A DNA stretch of 64,000 bases. Source: Escherichia coli. GTDB lineage: Bacteria; Pseudomonadota; Gammaproteobacteria; Enterobacterales; Enterobacteriaceae. The notes beneath the pieces were generated by a model. It worked only from the letters and a program-made list of their open reading frames with translations, had not been told where the DNA came from and did no database searches. Shown piece after piece: positions 1-18,664 of the stretch (positions within the stretch are counted from its first letter, which is position 1; every line of letters begins with the position of its first letter). A program made the position numbers and the translations under genes. The DNA lies in NCBI RefSeq assembly GCF_003018115.1, contig NZ_CP027457.1. One strand, written 5' to 3'.

Positions 1-849
1 TGACGGTCCCACGCCAATATTCACCAGAGTAATACCCTGACCATCGGCGGTAATTAAATGCCATGCTGGCATCTGGTGTTTTTTCCATGCAAGGTCGGAA
101 ATGGCTTCTTCTGGCGCTTCGGTTTCGGCGGTGATCCAGTTCCCGCCAGCACAAGAAAGGGCAATGTAGGGACTATCAGGATCGAGGATCTGGCTGCATC
201 CCCAACGAACGAATTCATCCACATAACGTGTATAGTTGGTAAACAAGACGAACGGCTGAAAATGTTCAACTGGCGTACCGGTATAATGGCGCAACCGTGC
301 GAGGGAAAAATCGACGCGGCGCGCATCAAAATGCGATAGCGGGGAGAATTCAGTTGGATGATAAATGCCGTCTGCAGTTTCATCGCCAATTTGCGCCAGT
401 TCTGTTGTCGGGAAATAGCGAGTTAACCCAGCGCTCATTGAGCGATCAAGTGTCAATTCAGAGCCATCGATGACATAAGGATAAGGGATTTCATGCTGCG
501 AGGGTTGCACCGAGATATGCGCACCATAATCCTGATACAGCAACGTAAGTTGTTCATTGAGATACGAACGAAAGAGAGTAGGGCGAGTAATCGTGGTGGT
601 GTAGCTGCCTGCGTGAGTAAAACGACCAAATGCGCGCGTTTTAGGGGGATTGGTTGTGCTACCATCCCAGGTTACGGTCAGTGATGGATAGACAAAAAGA
701 CCTTGTTTGCGGGCGTTTTCATCAGGTAATTCGCCACTTGTAATATATTTGCCAATGGCGTTGCGTAAAGCGACTACAGATTGCTCATACAGCGCGTCGA
801 GTTTATCCAGTGCCTGAGCTGGGGTCAGACCGGAGCCCTTATTATTCAT
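1..849 (-). CDS. amn: AMP nucleosidase, N-terminal part (3-prime end lies beyond the window start)
   Basis: Reverse-complement translation from ATG at 847-849 reads MNNKGSGLTPAQALDKLDALYEQSVVALRNAIG..., matching my recollection of Amn; the frame stays open to position 1. Missing from the ORF track because it is truncated by the window edge. Confidence 0.85.
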   Translation of the reverse strand, partial: MNNKGSGLTPAQALDKLDALYEQSVVALRNAIGKYITSGELPDENARKQGLFVYPSLTVTWDGSTTNPPKTRAFGRFTHAGSYTTTITRPTLFRSYLNEQLTLLYQDYGAHISVQPSQHEIPYPYVIDGSELTLDRSMSAGLTRYFPTTELAQIGDETADGIYHPTEFSPLSHFDARRVDFSLARLRHYTGTPVEHFQPFVLFTNYTRYVDEFVRWGCSQILDPDSPYIALSCAGGNWITAETEAPEEAISDLAWKKHQMPAWHLITADGQGITLVNIGVGPS

Positions 850-950
850 GTGTGTCTCCTGTTCCATACAATTACCGCACATCCGATAGTATGTCACAGA
901 AATGTGAAACAAAAGTGTAAGGCGAAGATCGGATGATCTTCGCCAGGCTA

Positions 951-2267
951 TCAAGCGCGTTGACTGTCTTTCATCAACAAAGCGGTCATTGCGGAAATCA
1001 GGCATCCAGCCAGCAAATAAATGGCGACGCTATGCCAGTTCCCGGCAAAGTAAGTGATGAGTGCAGCGGCAATAAAAGGTGTAAATCCACCGCCAACCAC
1101 ACTGGCAACCTGATAACCGACTCCAGCGCCACTATAGCGATAACTGGCACCAAACATTTCGGTAAACATCGGTTGTTGCACACACACCACCATGTCATGC
1201 GCAATGTTTGCCAGCATTATGGAGAAGAAAACTATCCAGAAAATAGATTGTGCTTCAAGCGCCATAAAGAAAGGAAATGCGCTCAACGTTCCGATTAACG
1301 CACCTGTGATATAAACCCTGCGGCGACCAAAACGATCGGCAAGCCAGGCAAAACAGGGAATTGTCAGGCAGCTTAATCCACCTACCAGCAAACCAATATT
1401 AAGGAAAAGTTCGCGCGGTAACCCCATATTCTGGGTTGAATAATTAAGTGCAAAGGCGGTAACGATGTACATCGTCAGCAACTCGCACAGCCGTAGCGCA
1501 ATAATCTTCAGGAAAGCACCAGGATGTCGTAACAGCGCTTCGATAACCGGGATGCGTTTTTTCGCGGCAGCTTGATTATGTTGCTGTTGTTCAAATTCCG
1601 CGGACTCTTCCATGCCATTGCGCACCCACAATGCTCCCAGTACCAGTACGATGCTAAACAGGAAAGGAATGCGCCAGCCCCAGCTTAAAAACTGTTCGTC
1701 AGTCGTCATTATACTGATCAATGAAACCAGTCCGGTTGAAAGCAGTAAACCTACTCCGTAGCCAACTTGTACACCGCTACTGTAAAAGGCTTTTTTATTT
1801 TCCGGCGCACTTTCAACGGAAAGCAACGCCGCGCCTCCCCATTCGCCGCCGACGGCAAATCCCTGAATGGCACGCAGTGTCACCAGCAAAATAGGTGCCC
1901 ACCACCCAATGGTCGAGAATGAAGGAAGAATACCAATCAAGGCTGTCGCGATGCCCATCATCCAGACGGTCAGCATTAACATGCGCTTACGTCCCAGTCG
2001 GTCGCCAAAGTGACCGAAAATGACACCGCCGAGCGGACGGAAAAGGAATCCGACGCCAAAGGTGGCAAATGCGGCGAGCGTTCCCATAGCCGGGCTTACT
2101 TGCGGGAAAAACTCGCGATTAAAAACCAGTGCGGCGGTAATGCCATAGAGTAAAAAATCATACCAGTCGACGACGGCACCAGCGAAACTGCCTAACGCAG
2201 CTCGTCGGGCGCGACTTAACGAAAGCGTCCCTTCATCGGGACGAGTGGAGATGAGCGTGGAGTCCAT
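951..2267 (-). CDS. shiA: Shikimate transporter, MFS family (438 aa)
   Basis: 438-aa ORF with multi-TM MFS character (N-terminus MDSTLISTRPDEG...); length and position next to amn fit ShiA. Confidence 0.9.
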   Translation of the reverse strand: MDSTLISTRPDEGTLSLSRARRAALGSFAGAVVDWYDFLLYGITAALVFNREFFPQVSPAMGTLAAFATFGVGFLFRPLGGVIFGHFGDRLGRKRMLMLTVWMMGIATALIGILPSFSTIGWWAPILLVTLRAIQGFAVGGEWGGAALLSVESAPENKKAFYSSGVQVGYGVGLLLSTGLVSLISIMTTDEQFLSWGWRIPFLFSIVLVLGALWVRNGMEESAEFEQQQHNQAAAKKRIPVIEALLRHPGAFLKIIALRLCELLTMYIVTAFALNYSTQNMGLPRELFLNIGLLVGGLSCLTIPCFAWLADRFGRRRVYITGALIGTLSAFPFFMALEAQSIFWIVFFSIMLANIAHDMVVCVQQPMFTEMFGASYRYSGAGVGYQVASVVGGGFTPFIAAALITYFAGNWHSVAIYLLAGCLISAMTALLMKDSQRA

Positions 2268-2581
2268 AATGATCCTGTTTGTACTGTCTTTTTATAATTA
2301 GTATGGAAAAGGTAACTCACATTGCTGTCGATCTATAAACGAACCTTATGAGACTACCTCGACAGAGCGCATCTGCAAATGATTTTATGGCTGATGAGCA
2401 GCAACATGAAAAATTCGCTGGAAGATGAAAGCGCAGGAGTTGCTGGTGTTGTTTAAGGATTAAGCAGAGGCCCCACAGGTTCGAGATATGAAACATAAAA
2501 GTCCGCATATGCACAAAATTGCACCCTGATGATTCTGATAGACTGCATTGCATTATAACCAGTAGGGAGGCGAGGTTAGTT

Positions 2582-3634
2582 ATGTTTTTAGCATCATTGT
2601 TGAGACGTATTGTATTTAGTTACTACGATTATAAAGCTTATAATTTCAATATTGAAAAAACAGAGTTTGTTGTTATCCATATTCCCGATCAGATTGGCGA
2701 TGCTATGGCCATCTTTCCTGTTATTCGGGGGCTTGAATTGCATAAAATTAAGCATCTTTTAATTGTAACGTCGACAATTAATTTAGAAGTCTTTAATGCG
2801 CTCAAACTTGAACAGACTAAATTAACATTAGTCACAATGACTATGCAGGATCACGCAACATTAAAAGAAATAAAAGATTTAGCGAAGAACATAACACAGC
2901 AATACGGTACGCCGGATCTTTGTATAGAGGCGATGCGTAAAAAGAACCTGAAAACGATGTTATTTATCAGTCAGTTGAAAGCAAAAACGAATTTTCAGGT
3001 TGTTGGTTTAACCATGAAGTGCTATTCCCCTTTGTGTAAGAACGCGTCCCGGATGGATCAGAATCTCCGGGCTCCTGTACCCATGACATGGGCATTTATG
3101 ATGCGGGAGGCGGGTTTTCCAGCAGTCAGGCCAATATATGAATTGCCACTAAGTGAGGATGTACTCGATGAGGTGCGCGAGGAAATGCGATCGTTAGGAG
3201 CTTACATTGCGCTCAATTTAGAAGGTAGCTCGCAGGAACGTACATTTTCACTATCGATTGCAGAAAATCTAATAGAAAAAATTCAAAGTGAAACAGATAT
3301 ACCAATAGTGATCGTTCATGGACCAAAAGGGGAAGGTAAAGCCAGGGCATTAGTGGATTGTTATAATAATGTCTACCGTTTATCCTTATCACCCTCGATT
3401 AAACGTTCAGCAGCAATCATAAAAGATGCTTATATCGCAATAACTCCTGACACCTCAATATTACATATGGCAAGTGCCTATAATACCCCCGTTGTTGCAA
3501 TTTATGCTGATTACAAAACGCGATGGCCCGCAATGGCCGATGTTTCGGAGTCAGTCGTCGTTGGGCAAAAAATTGACAATATAAGTCTGGATGAATTCGC
3601 AAAGGCATTAAAAAGTGTTTTGGCGAGAATATGA
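2582..3634 (+). CDS. yeeL: Putative glycosyltransferase, GT9 (heptosyltransferase-like) family, apparently intact (~350 aa)
   Basis: Continuous ORF; ATG at 2582 preceded by GGGAGG; C-terminal motif region ...TPDTSILHMASAYNTPVVAIYADY... resembles GT9 enzymes. Position between shiA and yeeJ fits yeeL. Start could instead be the upstream in-frame codon at 2519. Confidence 0.6.
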   Translation: MFLASLLRRIVFSYYDYKAYNFNIEKTEFVVIHIPDQIGDAMAIFPVIRGLELHKIKHLLIVTSTINLEVFNALKLEQTKLTLVTMTMQDHATLKEIKDLAKNITQQYGTPDLCIEAMRKKNLKTMLFISQLKAKTNFQVVGLTMKCYSPLCKNASRMDQNLRAPVPMTWAFMMREAGFPAVRPIYELPLSEDVLDEVREEMRSLGAYIALNLEGSSQERTFSLSIAENLIEKIQSETDIPIVIVHGPKGEGKARALVDCYNNVYRLSLSPSIKRSAAIIKDAYIAITPDTSILHMASAYNTPVVAIYADYKTRWPAMADVSESVVVGQKIDNISLDEFAKALKSVLARI

Positions 3635-3850
3635 GGCAGTACTTATGAATAGTAATGCCGATCTGTTATGAACGGTGGTGTCATCAATACTCTGAGGCTG
3701 GTCAATCATCACAGAAAACCAGCCTTTAGATCAAAGCAGTACTCACCGAAAATGATCATAGTCACATCGAACGCGATTCTGGCGGTGCAGCATTTTTATT
3801 TATTCATTTTCTGTGAGAGAAGGGCAAGCTCTATAGAGGGAATGTAAAAA

Positions 3851-3876
3851 AGAGTGCCCCGAATGGAGCACTCTTT
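3851..3876. terminator. Hairpin between convergent yeeL and yeeJ (possible bidirectional terminator)
   Basis: Inverted repeat AGAGTGC...GCACTCT flanked by A/T runs, sitting between the two convergent stop codons. Confidence 0.4.
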
Positions 3877-3895
3877 AAGAAATTATAACGGAAAA

Positions 3896-11878
<7,983 letters not shown>

Positions 11879-12191
11879 GCTTACCTTCCCTGAACGAGCT
11901 AACATAAATGCGCCCTTTCTAGCACAGCGAAAAAATGTAAATCCTGATAGCAATATGATTGAAAATTAATAACTTTTCGTTAGGCAGTTTTGGGGGTGAG
12001 TTGCAAGAGGGGAGACTACTGAATAACTCAAGTTTTATAATCGAGGGGAAAATGGTGATGGCGTTCATAGCAAAACGCCCTCAACCATAAAGGTCGAGGG
12101 CGCTTAAGATGTTAAAAACCCGCTATCCGTTAAAAAACAATGTTCAACTAAGGTCAGTGACATTGCGCTAAAAAAGCGAATTTTTAGAATT

Positions 12192-12267
12192 TGGCTCCTC
12201 TGACTGGACTCGAACCAGTGACATACGGATTAACAGTCCGCCGTTCTACCGACTGAACTACAGAGGA
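12192..12267 (-). tRNA. asnT: tRNA-Asn (GTT)
   Basis: Reverse complement reads TCCTCTGTAGTTCAGTCGGTAGAACGGCGGACTGTTAATCCGTATGTCACTGGTTCGAGTCCAGTCAGAGGAGCCA, the canonical E. coli tRNA-Asn with CCA end. Confidence 0.9.
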
Positions 12268-12367
12268 ATCGTGTGAACGGGGCGCATATTACTTAGCGGT
12301 ACCTTGTCTGTCAACACTAAATTTCATAAGTCATTTCAATTGGTTAATTAATCTGCAAAGTTGTTAA

Positions 12368-13165
12368 TTAATGAACATTCGTCGCCGAAAACGAGTCTGT
12401 ATCATTAGCGTGATGCAGTCTCTGCAAAGGATCTTGTTGATAAAATTGGCAGAAACGTTGCCACAATGAAGGGAAACGAGGAGCAAAAAGTTCTGGGGCG
12501 CTAAAGAAATATTCAGAAAGTACGGCAAAACATTCAGCAGGATCACTGGCAGCATAAGCATCAATGCTCGCCGCATTCTCGCCAACCAATTCGATTTCTT
12601 CCTGAATGTTGTTCATTGCAGCATGAAGATCGTGTTCCCAGCCAGCAACCTCACGCAACGGAATAAAGGGAACACCGCTGGCGCGATCGCCGTTACGGGT
12701 GTCCAGCTTATGAGCGACTTCATGAATAATCAGGTTAAAACCAGAAGCATCAAAAGAATCTTGTATATCCAACCAGTTCAAAACGATAGGCCCTTGCTGC
12801 CAGCTCTGACCTGACTGAACAATACGTTGGTTATGCACCAGACCGATATCGTCTTCCCATTCATCATCGACCACAAATGGCGCAGGATAAATTAAGACTT
12901 CATGAAAACCATCCAGCCATTCCAGTCCTAACTCCAGAACGGGTAGGCAAAATAGAAGTGCTATCCGGCAGCTTCTTAATGAATCCAGTTCAAAGCCCTG
13001 TAAAGGAACAAGCCGCTTTTGCTGTAAAAAACGTTCGGCAAGAGTGACTAATTTGCTTTGTTCCTGTTCCGTCAGACACGTTAAAAGGGGGATCGATAGT
13101 GCTTCCTGCCAGGGAAGGGCAGTTTGATGTGCTGATTCTTGTACTTTCCAGGGCCACTTAATCAT
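12368..13165 (-). CDS. mtfA: Mlc titration factor A (zinc-dependent peptidase-like), ~265 aa
   Basis: ORF with N-terminus [23 protein letters not shown]... after trimming the track's upstream extension; contains an HEXXH-like motif (IHEVAHKLD). Confidence 0.85.
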   Translation of the reverse strand: MIKWPWKVQESAHQTALPWQEALSIPLLTCLTEQEQSKLVTLAERFLQQKRLVPLQGFELDSLRSCRIALLFCLPVLELGLEWLDGFHEVLIYPAPFVVDDEWEDDIGLVHNQRIVQSGQSWQQGPIVLNWLDIQDSFDASGFNLIIHEVAHKLDTRNGDRASGVPFIPLREVAGWEHDLHAAMNNIQEEIELVGENAASIDAYAASDPAECFAVLSEYFFSAPELFAPRFPSLWQRFCQFYQQDPLQRLHHANDTDSFSATNVH

Positions 13166-13258
13166 CGTTTTGCTCGCAAACTCGTCACTTGAACAAAATT
13201 GCACGGACAGGGACTGTTAAAATGCCAAATTTCCTGGCATCATGGCAACCATCTGAAC

Positions 13259-13348
13259 GGAGAGATGCCGGAGCGGCTGAACGGACCGGTCTCGAAAACC
13301 GGAGTAGGGGCAACTCTACCGGGGGTTCAAATCCCCCTCTCTCCGCCA
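13259..13348 (+). tRNA. serU: tRNA-Ser (long variable arm; CGA anticodon type)
   Basis: Sequence GGAGAGATGCCGGAGCGGCTGAACGGACCGGTCTCGAAAACCGGAGTAGGGGCAACTCTACCGGGGGTTCAAATCCCCCTCTCTCCGCCA matches E. coli tRNA-Ser. Confidence 0.9.
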
Positions 13349-13917
13349 CTTTATCAATGACTTATCTCCCGACTTCCCGCCTTGCTTTTCCTAAACAGAA
13401 CAATCGTAGAATATTCTTGAAGGGTTAGATCGTCACTGTTTTCTGTTCGATACTGTGACATTCAGCACTTGATTCGCTATGGATCTGACAGGAAGCTTTC
13501 GAGCGAAAATGTGCAGTTATTCAGTCGTTTTCTTATCGCTCACCATTCTTCTTTTAGACATTCATCCTATGAAACTGCCGCAAAGTTGGTGGTGGGAACT
13601 GAAGTTGCGTAGAGAAGGGGTCAATAATTGAGTCAAAAAAGGAACGCGGCCGTCAGATTAAAGCCGCGGGACAAAGTCCATAATTTCCAAGAGTTGTTGA
13701 ATTTCCCAGCTTTTTTGAAAGCCTTTGTATCATACTAACAAGTAAAAAAGGTTTAAATACCAAAATTAACCTGTATTTTTGATAAGTCTTACCATTGTAC
13801 GATTTACACAGTTTCTGCTCCTCCTTGTTGATAGTGGAAAGGGTGCATTGTGCACTTGCGTAAACATTTATGACGCGTTGATGTCCATGGTTCACATTTC
13901 CTTGTCAGGGGATCGAC

Positions 13918-14448
13918 TTATTTGCGGCGAGGCATCATTCGTAACAGAGTATTATCTTTCTGAATGTAGTGATGAAAGAGTGCTGCGCCAGCGTGAGCTG
14001 CGATTAAAAAGTAGCCTATATTTGCCCAGGTTTCGTGAATATTTTTTATCAGTGCTTTAATTTCGCTGTTTGGGGTAACAAAGGGAGACACATTGAAACC
14101 AAGGAAACTCCACGATTTTCCACTGTAAGCCATTAAAGCAATCCCCAGCAGAGGAAGCGCAAGGAAGGTTATATAAAGCATGATGTGCATTAGCGAAGCC
14201 GCTTTCATTTGCCAGGCAGGTGGCGGTGGCACAATAGAAGGATCACTATAACGGTGTTTTATAATCAGGCGTGAAAACATTAACACCCAAACGAATATAC
14301 CCGCATTGTAATGTGTTTCTCGCATCAGCAGATAAGTACTACTACCTTTAGGAAACCAGCCACGGAGTTCCATCGCGGCATAGGTTATTGCAACGAAAAG
14401 CAGCGTTATCCAATGTAAATAAATTTGAGTTTTTGAGAATCGGTTCAT
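13918..14448 (-). CDS. yodB: Cytochrome b561 family membrane protein (~176 aa)
   Basis: ORF with N-terminus MNRFSKTQIYLHWITLLFVAITYAAMELRGW...; multiple TM helices and conserved His residues. Confidence 0.8.
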   Translation of the reverse strand: MNRFSKTQIYLHWITLLFVAITYAAMELRGWFPKGSSTYLLMRETHYNAGIFVWVLMFSRLIIKHRYSDPSIVPPPPAWQMKAASLMHIMLYITFLALPLLGIALMAYSGKSWSFLGFNVSPFVTPNSEIKALIKNIHETWANIGYFLIAAHAGAALFHHYIQKDNTLLRMMPRRK

Positions 14449-14790
14449 TTTTGTAGCTCCTGTAATTTTCACAGTCAAGCTATCCCACGAACCTTAAAAA
14501 TTCCTTATACAGATGTGGTTTTAAGAATTTGTTATTTAAAAAATTGATAGTGCACATTGTAACCAGCCAATATAAGCAATGTCGTGAGCACAGGTATCTT
14601 TCTCTGTTGGCCGTATTGTGTATGGAATCCGTTATTGGTTAACTCAATGCGGGTTAGCTTATTAATATACAGACACGTCATAGTGATGAGCGTGTCTGTA
14701 GCTAGCTTGCGTTCAGTGGCGTTTGTGGATGGACCAGTGGCAGTTATGATGACTTACTAAAGCGGCATCGAGGCGTTATCATGAGAATAC

Positions 14791-15441
14791 TCAATGAGAC
14801 ATCATTTCCTCGACCACTTCTTCGCTACTCAACTGATATGGATAATACGTTGGCCAGTTTTCCATTTCATTTAATAAAGATTGCTGTGAATCATTACCCA
14901 TAAAAATGTGAAAATGAGATGATTTTCGTGGTGCAATTATATGATCGCTAAATTGTATATATTTAGGGGCTTTGCTTTCAGGATCTTTACATTCGAATAA
15001 GTAACGAACGCCTTTCTTGCCTGATTTATAGGTGAGTATTTTGTATCCATCGTAATCATATTTACAGGATGTTGTTTCATTATTTCTATGGAATTCAACA
15101 ATGCCGTCCTCAATGCCAATCATCTCGATATCTGTTGCATAACCTTTGTGATAATAATCTTTAATTTCAGCAAATGTTTTAGTTTTATCTGCATCCGCTT
15201 TCTTCTGAAAGACGGGGTCAAGTTTGCCACTTTGCAGTAAAGGATAAACGGATTGCCAGACTCCATCCCAGTCACTGAGCGTTCGGTTTTGTACATTGGC
15301 ATCATCAAAAACACCATTAGCAGCTTTTTGTTCGACCTCTGTTAAGGGGTTGCCGTGTGAGTGATGACCATGCGAAAAGGCAGGAGCGCTAACAATAAAG
15401 ACACCTAAAGCAACAGCCAGTTTATGAAGACGAATCGCCAA
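14791..15441 (-). CDS. zinT: Periplasmic zinc/cadmium-binding protein ZinT (216 aa)
   Basis: Signal peptide followed by a His-rich stretch (HGHHSHG); full-length agreement with recalled ZinT/YodA. Confidence 0.9.
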   Translation of the reverse strand: MAIRLHKLAVALGVFIVSAPAFSHGHHSHGNPLTEVEQKAANGVFDDANVQNRTLSDWDGVWQSVYPLLQSGKLDPVFQKKADADKTKTFAEIKDYYHKGYATDIEMIGIEDGIVEFHRNNETTSCKYDYDGYKILTYKSGKKGVRYLFECKDPESKAPKYIQFSDHIIAPRKSSHFHIFMGNDSQQSLLNEMENWPTYYPYQLSSEEVVEEMMSH

Positions 15442-15619
15442 AACAGTTTCCTCCAGAGTTAATGTATATGATGTGTAATGTTATATTGTAACATATAACA
15501 AAATGCAACAACTCTTAGGAAACGAGAGCATGGCTTTCTCAGTTCTACTTATCTATCTTATTGAAATAAAATAAATTATTTTTGTGATTTGAGGTTGATG
15601 ACAAACGAAACATAACCTG

Positions 15620-15672
15620 ATGTGAGCTGCGTAGGCCGGATAGGGCGCTCGCGCCACATCCGGCAGGGATAA
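15620..15672. repeat. REP (repetitive extragenic palindromic) element
   Basis: GTAGGCCGGATAGGGCGCTCGCGCCACATCCGGCAGGG in the zinT-msrQ intergenic region matches the REP consensus family. Confidence 0.5.
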
Positions 15673-15697
15673 CGCGTACTTTGTCGGCAATATGAAG

Positions 15698-16333
15698 TTA
15701 TACAGATAATTTGTTGTGAACCTGCTTGCGTAACCGGTTAAAAAGGGAACGCAACTTCTTATACCGTAAGGCTAAAAGCAGTACAGCCAGCCCAGCGTAG
15801 ATGAGCGGCTGCGGTGAAATAATCTTCACTGACCACAGATAATGTATTGGGGACAGGATCGCGACAAGATAGACGAAATTATGCAACTGTTGCCAGTGCT
15901 TGCCGAGTTTTCGCTGCATCGCCTGGGTTGAAGTAAACGCTAAAGCAAGCAAAATAACCCAGCTGATAATTCCTAACGTTAAATAAGGCCGGGTAATTAA
16001 CTCCTTGCCTAATAACGCCAGATTATTCACGCCCAGCTCCAGCAATGCGTAACTGGTTAAATGCAGTGTCGCCCAGGCAAAGCACCATAAGCCTAACAGG
16101 CGGCGAGTGCGTATCAATAACGGCTGTTTTGCGTAGCGTGCCAGAGGTGTGATTAACAAGGTCGCCAGCAAAAATTTCAGTGCAGTGCGACCAGTAAAAT
16201 GCTGAATATCTTTCACCGGATCGGCACCCAGTCCACCGTGATTGATTGCCCAGACCAGCCAGAGAAACGGCAACAATCCGGCAAGATGCAGGCAAACTTT
16301 CAGCCATGTCACCTGTTTTGCTGTCAGACGCAT
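15698..16333 (-). CDS. msrQ: Methionine sulfoxide reductase heme-binding membrane subunit (211 aa)
   Basis: Multi-TM ORF immediately downstream of msrP with start/stop junction; matches recalled YedZ/MsrQ. Confidence 0.9.
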   Translation of the reverse strand: MRLTAKQVTWLKVCLHLAGLLPFLWLVWAINHGGLGADPVKDIQHFTGRTALKFLLATLLITPLARYAKQPLLIRTRRLLGLWCFAWATLHLTSYALLELGVNNLALLGKELITRPYLTLGIISWVILLALAFTSTQAMQRKLGKHWQQLHNFVYLVAILSPIHYLWSVKIISPQPLIYAGLAVLLLALRYKKLRSLFNRLRKQVHNKLSV

Positions 16334-17344
<1,011 letters not shown>

Positions 17345-17446
17345 TCACACTTTTTTGTCGTTAGCCAGCAAGAGCCGTTTACTGCTAATCTGTCAGGGAG
17401 TGTCCTCCCTAACAGTAGCAGAGATCTGCTTTTACATATTTATGCA

Positions 17447-17860
17447 TTAACTGCCACGATAGGTTGAATACCCATATTGGCTAAGTAATAAAGGCACATG
17501 ATAATGCTCGTTCACTTTATTAATATGAAATTCAACGGGGATCTCAGGGAAGAAACTTTCAAGATTTTGTTTCTTGAAATAGTCCCCGGTTTTAAATACG
17601 ACACGGTAATCGCCCGTAGTTGCAGTTTGCTCGGGCCACAGTGCCTTAATTCGTCCATCCTTATCTGTTTTGGCGGTATTAAGTTGTAACCAGCCGTTAT
17701 CCGCTTTCTTTTCAAGAGTGACTGTCACGTCGGCAGCGGGTTTTCCTGTTTGCTGGTTCAAAATGTGCACGCTAAGAATGTTTTGTTGTGCAGCATAGAC
17801 CAAAGAAGGTAATGAAAATGCAGCCGTTACTACGGAGAGTACTAAATAACGCTTTAACAT
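17447..17860 (-). CDS. hiuH: 5-hydroxyisourate hydrolase, transthyretin-like periplasmic protein (137 aa)
   Basis: Signal peptide plus transthyretin-family C-terminus (...[18 protein letters not shown]). Confidence 0.85.
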   Translation of the reverse strand: MLKRYLVLSVVTAAFSLPSLVYAAQQNILSVHILNQQTGKPAADVTVTLEKKADNGWLQLNTAKTDKDGRIKALWPEQTATTGDYRVVFKTGDYFKKQNLESFFPEIPVEFHINKVNEHYHVPLLLSQYGYSTYRGS

Positions 17861-17992
17861 GTTTATATCCTTGTCATGTGAATGAGTTTTGAGGATAGCG
17901 AAAAAGCGTCCAGGGTAACCTTACAGCAGCATTACAATTTTGTAATGAACCAGGCTGTTTCTATAACATATGATTTATGGCATATTATTTTC

Positions 17993-18664
17993 ATGAAGAT
18001 TTTACTTATTGAAGATAATCAAAGGACCCAGGAGTGGGTAACGCAGGGGCTTTCCGAAGCGGGTTATGTCATCGATGCCGTTTCTGATGGCAGAGATGGG
18101 CTTTATCTTGCGCTGAAGGATGATTATGCATTGATCATTCTGGATATTATGCTTCCGGGTATGGATGGCTGGCAGATCTTACAAACGTTAAGAACGGCAA
18201 AGCAAACCCCTGTTATTTGCCTTACTGCAAGGGATTCTGTCGATGACAGAGTCAGAGGGCTGGACAGTGGAGCAAATGATTATCTGGTAAAACCTTTTTC
18301 ATTTTCTGAGTTGCTGGCAAGGGTTCGGGCACAATTAAGGCAACATCACGCTTTGAATTCAACATTAGAAATCAGCGGCTTAAGAATGGACTCTGTTAGT
18401 CAAAGTGTGAGCAGGGACAATATCAGTATTACACTGACGCGCAAGGAGTTTCAGTTACTTTGGCTACTGGCCTCCAGAGCTGGCGAAATTATACCCAGAA
18501 CGGTTATTGCGAGTGAAATTTGGGGAATCAACTTTGATAGTGATACCAATACGGTGGACGTCGCCATTCGCAGGCTCCGCGCAAAAGTTGATGATCCTTT
18601 TCCTGAAAAGCTAATCGCCACAATCCGGGGGATGGGCTATTCATTCGTAGCGGTAAAAAAATAA
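17993..18664 (+). CDS. hprR: Two-component response regulator, OmpR family (223 aa)
   Basis: Receiver domain (MKILLIEDNQRTQEW...DIMLPGMDGW) plus winged-helix output domain; start trimmed from the track ORF to the MKILLIED methionine. Confidence 0.85.
   Translation: MKILLIEDNQRTQEWVTQGLSEAGYVIDAVSDGRDGLYLALKDDYALIILDIMLPGMDGWQILQTLRTAKQTPVICLTARDSVDDRVRGLDSGANDYLVKPFSFSELLARVRAQLRQHHALNSTLEISGLRMDSVSQSVSRDNISITLTRKEFQLLWLLASRAGEIIPRTVIASEIWGINFDSDTNTVDVAIRRLRAKVDDPFPEKLIATIRGMGYSFVAVKK

Noticed and set aside
17882-17992. N-terminal extension of the hprR ORF (track start 17882)
   Set aside because: A response regulator receiver domain begins at MKILLIED; the upstream extension has no support and would overlap the divergent hiuH promoter region.
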